A stretch of DNA of 64,000 nucleotides from an uncultured Clostridia bacterium (GCA_934793215.1 CAKVOP010000003.1:3455-67454), one strand, 5' to 3'; counted from the first letter of the stretch, positions 38,942 through 47,999 are shown. Notes: generated by a model from the letters alone, not told the origin. Numbers and translations: made by a program.

Positions 38942-39029
38942 TTTTATCGCGTGAAAGTAAATAAATATGGCAAGTGCTAACAAAAATTGGTGAAAAAAAG
39001 ATAAAAATTTTAAATTTTTAATACGAAAA

Positions 39030-39045
39030 TGTTTCATGTGAAACA
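39030..39045. other. parS site 3 (TGTTTCATGTGAAACA)
   Basis: Same 16-mer as site 2, embedded in a 28-bp near-perfect palindrome at 39024-39051. GTGAAAC and CTGAAAC half sites follow at 39054-39077. Confidence 0.8.
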
Positions 39046-39350
39046 TTTTCGAGGTGAAACTGCATTAATGCTGAAACAACAGATTCGTGTTATTTTAGGA
39101 CTTGTTATATAAATTAATTATCAATTAATTGAAGATTTTCTTTGAGTGTGTAAATAATGTTTCTTACACATGAACTCTTATGATAAATAAAAAGATATGG
39201 TAAATAGTTTTGCTTGATTTACACTACTTTATTTTATAAAATGTGCGTCTAATAAAATGAACCTTTTTTGTAATAATTTATTTAGAGTGTTATTAACTGA
39301 CCTCGAAGTTTAATATATCTTATATCATAAAACCATTTATTAGAAATTTA

Positions 39351-39379
39351 TTGCCATAAGTTTATCATTTTGATATACT
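39351..39379 (+). promoter_or_regulatory. sigma-A-type promoter for rubrerythrin
   Basis: TTGCCA, a 17-nt spacer, then TATACT. The inverted repeat TAGAGAT-n8-ATCTCTA lies just downstream at 39385-39406. Confidence 0.5.
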
Positions 39380-39426
39380 ATAAATAGAGATAAAAGATAA
39401 TCTCTAACACAAAAAAGGAGAAAGGT

Positions 39427-39969
39427 ATGAAAGAACTCAAAGGAACAAAAACCGAGAAAAATTTATTAGAAGCGTTTGCGGGAGAAAGCCAAGCAAGGAA
39501 TAAGTATACATTTTACGCTTCAAAAGCAAAAAAAGAAGGCTACGAACAGATAGGTGCTATATTTGAAGAGACTGCTAACAATGAAAAGGAACATGCAAAA
39601 TTATGGTTTAAGGCACTTCATGAAGGAACAGTGCCAGATACATTAGAGAACCTGCTTGATGCTGCAAGTGGCGAACATGGTGAATGGACTGAAATGTATG
39701 AAAGAATGTCTCGAGAGGCAAAGGAAGAAGGATTCGATGAACTTGCCTATAAATTCAAAGCTGTTGGTGAAATAGAAAAAAGACACGAAGAAAGATATAG
39801 AAGATTGGCAAAACTTGTTAGAGAAGGCAAAGTCTTTAATAAGACAGATAAAAAGGTTTGGATATGTAGAAACTGTGGACATATTTATGTTGGAGACAAA
39901 GCCCCAGAAGTTTGTCCTGTTTGCAATCACCCAAAGGCGTATTTTGAGATTTTAAGCCAAGAATTTTAA
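39427..39969 (+). CDS. rbr: rubrerythrin
   Basis: Di-iron four-helix motifs (E..A...Y, EKEHAK, E..E) plus a C-terminal rubredoxin-like CRNCG...CPVC. Confidence 0.92.
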   Translation: MKELKGTKTEKNLLEAFAGESQARNKYTFYASKAKKEGYEQIGAIFEETANNEKEHAKLWFKALHEGTVPDTLENLLDAASGEHGEWTEMYERMSREAKEEGFDELAYKFKAVGEIEKRHEERYRRLAKLVREGKVFNKTDKKVWICRNCGHIYVGDKAPEVCPVCNHPKAYFEILSQEF

Positions 39970-40082
39970 ATGGATAGAACGAACCAATATTCGATTCAAA
40001 ATAAAAATTAAAGATTTTATCAGTTATGGTAATATAACCAAAGTCACGATATACAAGGATAAGATGAGCAAATTGATACCTC

Positions 40083-40111
40083 TTGAATTTGTTTAAAATG
40101 TGTGTTATAAT
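40083..40111 (+). promoter_or_regulatory. sigma-A-type promoter with extended -10
   Basis: TTGAAT, a 17-nt spacer, then TATAAT preceded by TGT. It lies 70 nt upstream of the 40181 ATG. Confidence 0.55.
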
Positions 40112-40180
40112 ACATTTAAAACAAAAATAAAAGGGTTTGGGTTGACAAAAGTTATAAAATCATAACTATTGGAGTGTGCT

Positions 40181-41014
40181 ATGTCTATATTGACAAAAGA
40201 TAAAATTGAAAGAAAAAAATTAGAAAGAAATAACAGGGCAAAGGTCTTTAAAGAATCGATAATTTTAAATGGGCCAGTGGGTAGTGGAAAGACTCTTATT
40301 TCTTGTGCCCTTGAAAACGCTACTGGAATGAAGGTTGTTCATCTTGATACAATGAGATTTCTCCATAGTGCAGACATGTATCGTTTTATTATAGATAATG
40401 AAACTGACTCTTTTGAAATCAAAAAAGCAAAGTTTTTATTGTCTGTTAGAGAGAACTTTCCTAAAATCAAAAATTTTGAAGACTTCGGTTTTGACGGAAA
40501 TGTCGCAAGAAGATACCGAAATAAATTTGGGGATTTAGGCTATCGTGTTTATAACAAACAATTTGAGACAATGCTTCTTGAAGAGGTTTTAAAAAAGATT
40601 AAGGAGCCTTGTATTATTGACATGGGCGGAACTTTTGGTATTTCACTTGAAGAAAAGTACAAATCACTTTTGCAAATTCTTTTAAAAGAAGAACCGGACA
40701 TGGTATACGAAAATATAAATTTTGATTATATGGGCTTTGAAAAAATAAAAATGTTGTTATCTAATTTTGTGCATGTTTTTGAATTGAAGTTACCAGAAGA
40801 GTATAAGGATGGATTTCTTAAAGCGACCAATAGTCAACTTAACGATGCCTTTATAGCGAGCGGACAGTATGAAGCAACAGCTACGAATGCGATTAGTGTT
40901 GAGGGACTTGTATCTTCCGTAAATGGGAAAGATGAGATTAATATGAACAAGTTGGAGCAAATCGTAGAAGAAATTAAAAGAATATGTCGTGCGGACGAAA
41001 TTGAAAGAGTTTAG
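40181..41014 (+). CDS. P-loop NTPase (small kinase-like), function unknown
   Basis: Walker A GPVGSGKT. The start is taken at the ATG with a GGAG RBS 7 nt upstream (MSILTKDK). Confidence 0.5.
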   Translation: MSILTKDKIERKKLERNNRAKVFKESIILNGPVGSGKTLISCALENATGMKVVHLDTMRFLHSADMYRFIIDNETDSFEIKKAKFLLSVRENFPKIKNFEDFGFDGNVARRYRNKFGDLGYRVYNKQFETMLLEEVLKKIKEPCIIDMGGTFGISLEEKYKSLLQILLKEEPDMVYENINFDYMGFEKIKMLLSNFVHVFELKLPEEYKDGFLKATNSQLNDAFIASGQYEATATNAISVEGLVSSVNGKDEINMNKLEQIVEEIKRICRADEIERV

Positions 41015-41038
41015 CCTAAATTAAACAAATCCATAAAT

Positions 41039-41073
41039 GAAAATTATCTATTAAGTAACATAGATAATTTTTT
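41039..41073 (+). terminator. terminator
   Basis: AATTATCTA-10 nt loop-TAGATAATT followed by a T-run. Confidence 0.7.
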
Positions 41074-41349
41074 TGCAATAGTACATTTATAGAATAAAAA
41101 TATTTTTAAAAAATTGCATTATATAATTAAACTAAAATAAGAAATAAATAAGTCAAAATTCGATAAAATTCTAGATGAAAACCTACAAAAAACAACAAAA
41201 AACAACTTTTTACAACAAAAATACAAAAAAATTCATTTTTATATTTTGAAGAAAAATAGTATAATAAAAATGTCTTAAAGCGCTAAAAATAAAGACGAAA
41301 AAATACATAAGAAATTATTTGAAAAATATAAAAATAAAGGAGAATAATC

Positions 41350-41655
41350 ATGAAAAATGATATTTTAAAGACCTTGGCTATGAGAGCCAAAAATAGAATG
41401 ATTAATAAGAATTTAAGAGATACATACTCAAACGCAAATGTAAAAATTATTTCTAAAAATGATGAAAAGTTTGATCAAAAGGTAAGAGAACTAGTAAGAA
41501 GTGGGCAAGATATTCATAACCCTATTAAGAAATTAATGGACGAAACAAAATTTATGAATCTTGATGAACGCGGTCGTGAAAGATACTTATTTGAAACTAT
41601 TGAAAAGTATAATGAAATAAGAAATAAAATGCTCGCTGAAAATGGCGCTTGTTAA
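41350..41655 (+). CDS. hypothetical protein
   Basis: 101-aa ORF with an AAGGAG RBS. Confidence 0.55.
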   Translation: MKNDILKTLAMRAKNRMINKNLRDTYSNANVKIISKNDEKFDQKVRELVRSGQDIHNPIKKLMDETKFMNLDERGRERYLFETIEKYNEIRNKMLAENGAC

Positions 41656-41992
41656 TTTTTTAATAATAAGTTAACTATTTTATTCCCTTTAAAATAAGGG
41701 AATAAGGCATTTTCTTTTATTTTAAATTTGTTTAGTTATCAATAATTATTTTCAATTTACAGTTTTTGTCTTTTACATTTATTATTTAACTTAAATGTCT
41801 AATTTTTTAGCAAAAAATGTTTAACCTTCAAAGGGTTAAATGTTTTTTTGTGACTTTACTAGCTTTCAAACTAACAGAATATTGAGGAAATGGACACAGA
41901 CTAGTCAAAGAAGGGGAAATCGGTCTATTTTGACATAAAATGTTGAAAAAACTCTTTAATTATGATAAAATATTTTCGTATTAGGGGGCAAC

Positions 41993-43057
41993 ATGGAAGA
42001 AAATGCCGAAAAAAAATTCAACTTTGACTCTATGCCGTTGGCTGAAAAGTTGGGCAATTTTGAGGGAGTTTTAGTTTCAAAACACGACCTTAATGTCGAA
42101 TCACGGATTGATAAAATTTGTAACAGTACTTCAATGAAAAATGTTATCGTAGTTCCTTCATTGAATGCCAGTGCTAGTGAATTTTATTATGGGATATTTT
42201 CACCAAAGGAAGTAATGAAGATTTTAAAAGCAGAAAAATATATACAAAAAGTATATAACAAAAATCTTTTTGTTTATGGCGGATACAGTGTTGAAGATGT
42301 TGCAAGAGTTAGTAATTATGTTACATTTTTGGCAGAAAGAATCAATACTATGACGGTTGAAACATACCGAGGAAAGAGGCTTTTGACGCCATTTGAAAAA
42401 TGCTTGTTAGTGCATGAAATTGTTTCTAGTCAACATTACGAGAACGACACCAATCCTGTTGCTTCTAAAAGCATTTATGGCGGATTGTTGAGCGGGCATA
42501 TGGATTGTAGTGGTTGTGCAAAGTTTATGTGTGAACTTTTAAAATTATGTGCTATCCCTGCTGTGACAGAATCTATTATAGTTCAAGAAGAAAATGGCTT
42601 TAATTTTGAAAATGCCTTTCATTGTGCTTGTAAGGTGTTAATTTTTGATCCTATTTATCAAATAAAGGGAGTCTATATTTGTGATCCTACTTTTGATATG
42701 GCAGAAAATGATCAACTTTCAGGGATAGATTATGCTGTCGTTGAAGTCAATGAATATTTTAAACGGACCTATGCAGAAGTAGATTTTGTGGAAGACAAAT
42801 TGGATCTTTTGCAAACTTATAGAAATATAACTAAATCGCGTGTGACAAGCCGTCTAGGGAATATTAATTTAGATAAATTATTACAGAATCCAACAAAAAT
42901 TAGTAGAGAAAAGTTTGTGAAGGCAATAAGAAACATATACTTTGCAAGAGGAACTTCGCAAGACAGGATATCAATTTTAATAAAAGAAAAACTGAATAAT
43001 TCGAGTCGTAAATTTTACGAGGAGAGAACTTTTGAAGAGGGCTTGAGAGAAAAGTAG
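41993..43057 (+). CDS. hypothetical protein, possible transglutaminase-like Cys-protease fold
   Basis: 354 aa. The segments GHMDCSGCAKFMCELLKLCAIPA ... FHCACKV ... ICDPTFD resemble the Cys/His/Asp arrangement of transglutaminase-like cores. The assignment is weak. Confidence 0.35.
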   Translation: MEENAEKKFNFDSMPLAEKLGNFEGVLVSKHDLNVESRIDKICNSTSMKNVIVVPSLNASASEFYYGIFSPKEVMKILKAEKYIQKVYNKNLFVYGGYSVEDVARVSNYVTFLAERINTMTVETYRGKRLLTPFEKCLLVHEIVSSQHYENDTNPVASKSIYGGLLSGHMDCSGCAKFMCELLKLCAIPAVTESIIVQEENGFNFENAFHCACKVLIFDPIYQIKGVYICDPTFDMAENDQLSGIDYAVVEVNEYFKRTYAEVDFVEDKLDLLQTYRNITKSRVTSRLGNINLDKLLQNPTKISREKFVKAIRNIYFARGTSQDRISILIKEKLNNSSRKFYEERTFEEGLREK

Positions 43058-43234
43058 CCCCAAAATTCTGGATAAATGATTGAATTTTATCGTATTTTTA
43101 ATAAATTTACAGAAAAATCAAAGATTTTAAGCAAATTATGGGAAACATACTCTTGGCCGTTTATACCCAACTGTCCCAAATAATAAAAATTTAAATCTTG
43201 GTTTGTAGAAATAAAAAAGATAAAGAATAAATGC

Positions 43235-43263
43235 TTGATTTTTCAACTCTTTTCAATTATAAT
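43235..43263 (+). promoter_or_regulatory. sigma-A-type promoter about 200 nt upstream of tRNA-Leu
   Basis: TTGATT, a 17-nt spacer, then TATAAT. Confidence 0.45.
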
Positions 43264-43464
43264 GTCAAGTATTATAAGGTTGCAAGTATGTGATTGGGCT
43301 GTTACATACGAAAGTTTAAAAGCGGAGAAACAGCCCAGAATCTTATAAAAGATACACAAACATTGGCATCTTACTGTCAAACTTTTATATCTTTGGAGAA
43401 ACTAGTGTTTGCTGCTATGGTATTTAAACTTAAAACCTTATTATAAACTCAATTTATGTTATTT

Positions 43465-43546
43465 GCGGATATGGCGGAATGGCAGACGCGCTGGATTTAG
43501 GTTCCAGTCCGAAAGGGTGCAGGTTCAACTCCTGTTATCCGCACCA
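43465..43546 (+). tRNA. tRNA-Leu (anticodon UAG), class II, CCA encoded
   Basis: Hand-folded as acceptor GCGGATA/TATCCGC, anticodon stem CTGGA/TCCAG with loop TTTAGGT, long variable arm TCCGAAAGGGT, and T-arm GCAGG-TTCAACT-CCTGT. Total 82 nt. Confidence 0.92.
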
Positions 43547-43591
43547 AATGGCTGTGAGCCCCTATTTTAGGGACTTATAGCCATTTTTTTT
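43547..43591 (+). terminator. terminator after tRNA-Leu
   Basis: AAATGGCT...AGCCATTT followed by a T8 run. Confidence 0.7.
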
Positions 43592-43698
43592 GCTTAAATT
43601 TTCACTCTTCAAAAAGTGCCCAAAACCCTCAAAAACACCCTTAAAAACACAAATTTAGCAAAAAAAGTTGTGTAAAAAATGTGTAAAAATGTGTAAAA

Positions 43699-44319
43699 TT
43701 AGGTGTATAAATTATCATATAATTTAAGTATTTTTTCCTTGTTTAAATTGTAATCAATGTCTATGTAATTATCTTTAGTGATTTGGCTTGTAGAGTGGCC
43801 CATTTCTCTTGAAATAATCAATGGGTTTTTCCCAAAATAAAAGCAGTTAGTTGCAAATGTATGTCTGCAGTTGACTATAATTCCGCTTATATTCAAGTTG
43901 GTTAGAAAGGACTTAAAGCGGTCGGCTATTTTTCGATTAGTATACTTATGAAATAAATCTAAATTATCTGTTACAGGCCTTTTGGCATCATCAGTTAATT
44001 TAATGTATTTATATCTCCTTTCTCTATCCCTTCCTTTAAGATGGATTGTTTTAAGGACATTGTTTTTGTCGATACAGTTTTCGATGCTTTTAAAGTCTAG
44101 TTCATTCTTCCTAAGTCCTGTCACTAAAAAAAATAATATTATCGGTTTAAATTCCTGTTTATCCGGCCCTTCGAGTATTGTTTTTTGCTGTTCAAAACTA
44201 AAAGCTGGTTTCGCTTTGTATTTTTTGTTTTTGATGACTATGGTTGTAAATGGGTTGTATGCGATTATCCTCTCAAGAACGCAATATTTAAAAAATGACA
44301 ATAGGAAAATGCATTGCAA
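43699..44319 (-). pseudogene. 5'-truncated tyrosine recombinase/phage integrase (catalytic domain only)
   Basis: 206 aa containing TGLRKNEL (Arg I), CRHTFAT (H-x-x-R) and MGHSTSQITKDNYIDI (His/Tyr). The N-terminal SAM-like domain is missing and an in-frame stop lies just upstream. The gene sits 152 bp from the 3' end of a tRNA. Confidence 0.75.
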
Positions 44320-44373
44320 ACAAGCGACATAAGATTACGCTCGAAGTTTACTTCTGTGCAGAGTGCCCTGTTC

Positions 44374-44402
44374 TTGACTTTTGACAATATGAGACCTATA
44401 AT
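44374..44402 (+). promoter_or_regulatory. near-consensus sigma-A promoter for the 44500 gene
   Basis: TTGACT, a 17-nt spacer, then TATAAT. It lies where the missing 5' part of the integrase gene would be. Confidence 0.65.
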
Positions 44403-44499
44403 GAAAATGTTAGATGCCCTCAAAAAAATAATCGAATTCAAAATTAGTTTATAGCGAGAGACGATTATTCTTTTTAGGGGTGTACAAAAGGAGAGAAAA

Positions 44500-45612
44500 A
44501 TGAAAACAGTCTATCTTTTAATTGGTCTTCCGGGAGCAGGGAAGTCTACGTCCGCAAAGAAGGAGTTAGCAAAGGCAAAGGTGGTTGAACTAGATAGCGT
44601 TCGCCAAGAACTTGCAAACAAAGGAATAATTGGTAAAACATATTCAAGTGATGATAACAAAATTGTTTTTGAGTATTTTCATGAAGAGATTTTATCACAA
44701 CTTGACCAATTTGATGAAGTTGTGGTTGACGCAACAAATGCAAGATTGAGTGAAAGAAAGGCGGTGTATGATCTTTTAGAAGACATTCAGCCCAAATTCG
44801 TTGTAGTCAATTTTATAGATGATAAAGAAACGGTGATTGAAAGGATAAAGAGGCGCCAAGAAGAAAACCCAAATTGTGTGCATGTTTTTGAAAATCCCAA
44901 AGAGGCAGTTGATATCTATGCAAAAAGAATTAGCGAAAGTCCTGCGACTTTTGCTGAACCCATTGCTGAAATATGGTTTGTTAAAAATTGTGAAATAATA
45001 AGCAAAAAACAGAAAGTTCTTATCGCATCTACAAACGCTGGAAAGATTGCTATTTACAAACAAGTATGCGATTCTTTGGGAATGTCAACTACGAGTTTGA
45101 GAGATATTCGCATTGATGAACAGGTAGAAGAAACAGCACAAGATGAAATAGGTAATGCTATTTTAAAGGCGGAAGCGTATCATAGAATTACGGGTTTGCC
45201 TGTGATTGCAAACGATAGCGGACTCGTCATCGATAGGTTTAAACCAGAAGATCAACCTGGGGTTTTGGTGAGAAGATTCACTGGACGAGAACTGACGGAC
45301 CAGGAAATGTTAGATGTTTTCATTGCTAAATTAAATGAAGTAGGTGGAGAAAGCGAGGGGCATTATAATGTTGCTCTCGCAATTATTGATTTCAACGGGA
45401 AGTTACATACTCAAACCTTCAAGCCAATTCATCATTTTATAAATAAACCAAGCAATGTAATGAAAAAGGGAGTTCCTTTATCTTCGCTTTGTTATGACAA
45501 GACGTCTGGCAAATATGAAAGTGAAATGACCCCAGAAGAGCGTAACAATCTTGAAAAAGAAGAAATGGCAAAGCAGGTAGATTTCATAAAAACCGTTTTA
45601 TGCCAAAAGTAA
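44500..45612 (+). CDS. fusion protein: P-loop kinase (AAA_33/PNK-like) + Ham1/ITPase-like nucleoside-triphosphate pyrophosphatase domain
   Basis: The N-terminus reads LLIGLPGAGKST...VVVDATN. The C-terminal half reads VLIASTNAGKI...ETAQDEIGNAILKAEAY...PVIANDSGLVIDRF...QPGVLVRRF, which parallels the Ham1/RdgB motifs (T.N.GK, E.G.TF.ENA..KA, DDSGL.V.AL.G.PG..S.R). It has an AAAGGAG RBS. Confidence 0.55.
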   Translation: MKTVYLLIGLPGAGKSTSAKKELAKAKVVELDSVRQELANKGIIGKTYSSDDNKIVFEYFHEEILSQLDQFDEVVVDATNARLSERKAVYDLLEDIQPKFVVVNFIDDKETVIERIKRRQEENPNCVHVFENPKEAVDIYAKRISESPATFAEPIAEIWFVKNCEIISKKQKVLIASTNAGKIAIYKQVCDSLGMSTTSLRDIRIDEQVEETAQDEIGNAILKAEAYHRITGLPVIANDSGLVIDRFKPEDQPGVLVRRFTGRELTDQEMLDVFIAKLNEVGGESEGHYNVALAIIDFNGKLHTQTFKPIHHFINKPSNVMKKGVPLSSLCYDKTSGKYESEMTPEERNNLEKEEMAKQVDFIKTVLCQK

Positions 45613-45915
45613 CCCTTTTTATTTAATTTTGTATGTGAAGTCATTAAATGTCATTAGTAAATTTAGAAAACCCCTAAAGCAAATTCGCTTTAAGGTATTT
45701 CAAAAACTGGTGGCATTTTTATTAATAAAATGTCTCTATGAGAAATTAATTTAAACCAGAAACTTAATATATTTTATTATAACTGATTCTTTAATTGGAA
45801 TGGAATAATTGGTTATATTTTGTTTTTTAAAATGTAAAGCGGGGGCAATACATTTTTAATAAAAAACTTGTCAAATTTGAGGAAATGTGTTATCCTCTTT
45901 TTAAGAGAGGAATTT

Positions 45916-46236
45916 ATGGAACGATATATCGCAAAAATCAACAACAAGGTGTTAACCCACCATGACGAAAAAGTGCAAAGGCGTATCAAAACAACTTACC
46001 TTGCTATTGGAGGCTCTGTGCTTGCTGTCGGAATTGCTGGGTTTTTAGCGTCTTTCATAACTTTTATAGTGCTTTTCATGGACGCGAAAACTGACGAGTC
46101 CATGACTGCATGGGTTTTGGCCGTAATATTCATGATTGTATTTATTGTAGGAAGTGTAGTTACTCGAATTGGAGACAAACTTCTTACCGAGGGGTACAAC
46201 GAGACTGTCGAAAGAAAAAAGAAAGTAAAGGAGTAA
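45916..46236 (+). CDS. small membrane protein
   Basis: Start taken at MERYIAK with a GAGAGGA RBS. Two hydrophobic helices are present. Confidence 0.55.
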   Translation: MERYIAKINNKVLTHHDEKVQRRIKTTYLAIGGSVLAVGIAGFLASFITFIVLFMDAKTDESMTAWVLAVIFMIVFIVGSVVTRIGDKLLTEGYNETVERKKKVKE

Positions 46237-46239
46237 AAT

Positions 46240-47040
46240 ATGAAACACATTGCAGTTATCACAGGTGCGTCTTCTGGAATGGGGCGCGAATTTGTAAGAC
46301 AACTTGACGGACAATTTGATGAACTATGGGGCATTGCACTTGAAAAGAACCTGCTTGAAAAAGTAAAAGAAGAAATTAAAACTCCTTTTAAACCATTAGC
46401 CTTTGACCTTACAAAAGAAGAAAGTTTTGACAAGTATGTTTCCCTTTTAAAAAGTGAAGAGGTGGTAGTTGACTGGCTTGTAAACGCGTCTGGGTTTGGC
46501 AAGTTTGGGCGATTTGACGAGATTGATGTGAATGCCTCTGCCAACATGATTGACCTTAACTGCAAAGCACTTCTTAAAATGACTGAACTTACGCTTCCAT
46601 ATATGCAAAAGGGCGGAAGAATTGTAAATATTGCTTCTGTTGCAGGATTTCAACCTATTCCATACATTGCCACCTATGGAGCGACAAAAGCGTTTGTAAT
46701 AAGTTATTCTCGTGCGCTAAACCAAGAGCTTAAAGCTAGTGGGATTTCTGTCACGACAGTATGCCCATTCTGGACAAAAACTGCATTTTTTGATAGAGCA
46801 TTAAAAACTAATGCGAAAAACGAAGTTGTTTCCAAATATGTTGTTATGTATCAGCCTGAAAAGGTTATTGCAAAGGCAATCAAAGATACTCGCAAGCGTA
46901 AAGAAATGTCAATATATGGATTTATCGCAAGAAGTCAAGTAAGACTTGTCCATCTCCTTCCTAAAAAAATGGTGATGAAAACTTGGATACGCCAACAAAA
47001 ATTAAATAAAAAATACAACGCCAAAAAGAAGGCGGTTTAG
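46240..47040 (+). CDS. SDR-family oxidoreductase
   Basis: Contains ITGASSGMGREF (TGxxxGxG), NASG and the catalytic YGATKAF motif (YxxxK). Confidence 0.88.
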   Translation: MKHIAVITGASSGMGREFVRQLDGQFDELWGIALEKNLLEKVKEEIKTPFKPLAFDLTKEESFDKYVSLLKSEEVVVDWLVNASGFGKFGRFDEIDVNASANMIDLNCKALLKMTELTLPYMQKGGRIVNIASVAGFQPIPYIATYGATKAFVISYSRALNQELKASGISVTTVCPFWTKTAFFDRALKTNAKNEVVSKYVVMYQPEKVIAKAIKDTRKRKEMSIYGFIARSQVRLVHLLPKKMVMKTWIRQQKLNKKYNAKKKAV

Positions 47041-47090
47041 TACTTGGTGCACATTCAAATTTGACTTTACGATTAAAATCGCTTAAAAAA

Positions 47091-47116
47091 AGCAGGCTAG
47101 AAAAGCCTGCTTTTTT
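47091..47116. terminator. bidirectional terminator
   Basis: AGCAGGCT-AGAAA-AGCCTGCT is flanked by an A-run and a T-run. Confidence 0.8.
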
Positions 47117-47159
47117 GCTATACATAAATTCTGTTTTTATAGTTTTGTTTGTCACATTT

Positions 47160-47999
47160 TTACTCATCATCAATATCAGTTATTTTGTTGTCTGCGATGG
47201 TTAAAGTGTAAAGTTTAGGTTGAGTATTTGACAACGCGAAAATTTTTGTTTGTGACAAAGGGAAAAAGTATGAGATTTGCCCAAAAAATTTTTTAAAATC
47301 ATTTTGTGAAAGATTTTCTTGCAGTGATGAAGAAATCATGTTGTATGCAGAGATATAATCACCTTCCTTTAAACAAGCAAAGAAGTTTACGCTTGAGATG
47401 CCACAATTAGACGCGGTCTTTATTGTTTTTCGACTTATGCCATCTTTATCAATTAAGTACTCCGTGAGTGAGTCTTCATTTTCTACCATGAAACCGTGGT
47501 CTTTTAAAGAGATTGTATAGCCGGAAAATATTTTTGCATGCTTGTTTAGCAAATTGAACGCGACGAGAAAAGAGTGGTTTGTGCCTTCACAAAAAACATA
47601 AACAATATGTTCTTCACATTTGGCATCATATTTTTGAATTGGAAAAGGTAGAATGACTTCACGCTCTATTTTGTCGCACGCAAATACAACTTTCTCGCTT
47701 CCAGCCTTAACTTGACATGTTTTGCCATGGCTTGTAAAAGTGTAAAGTTCATAAGAATTTGAAAGAAGTCCGTCTAACAAAAAGATTAGCGTCTTGTCTC
47801 CGCGTGATATGCTTTTATAGAAAGGTGAGGGCTGTGATGTGTCAAGCACGAAAGAATAAAAGGGAGCTTTGCTGACAGGATAAACAAAAATTTGCTGTGC
47901 TTCTTCTATGATAAGATGCTCATTTTGAGAAAGAAATTGTTGACGCTCGCCATTGACAATAAGGCAATCAAAAGGAGTATAAACTTCAATATTTTGCAT
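47160..47999 (-). CDS. hypothetical protein
   Basis: Start trimmed to MQNIEVYTPF (ATG at complement of 47997-47999). The longer track ORF would run through the divergent promoter region and overlap the 48103 gene. Confidence 0.55.
   Translation of the reverse strand: MQNIEVYTPFDCLIVNGERQQFLSQNEHLIIEEAQQIFVYPVSKAPFYSFVLDTSQPSPFYKSISRGDKTLIFLLDGLLSNSYELYTFTSHGKTCQVKAGSEKVVFACDKIEREVILPFPIQKYDAKCEEHIVYVFCEGTNHSFLVAFNLLNKHAKIFSGYTISLKDHGFMVENEDSLTEYLIDKDGISRKTIKTASNCGISSVNFFACLKEGDYISAYNMISSSLQENLSQNDFKKFFGQISYFFPLSQTKIFALSNTQPKLYTLTIADNKITDIDDE

Noticed and set aside
41100-41260. A-rich repetitive stretch (ACAACAAAAA-like units)
   Set aside because: It is irregular low-complexity sequence in a promoter-distal spacer, with no consistent period or inverted repeats.
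45996-46565. 189-aa minus-strand ORF and other small ORFs at 46045-46314
   Set aside because: They are antisense to the membrane-protein/SDR operon. The SDR motifs (TGxxxGxG, YxxxK) identify the plus strand as coding.
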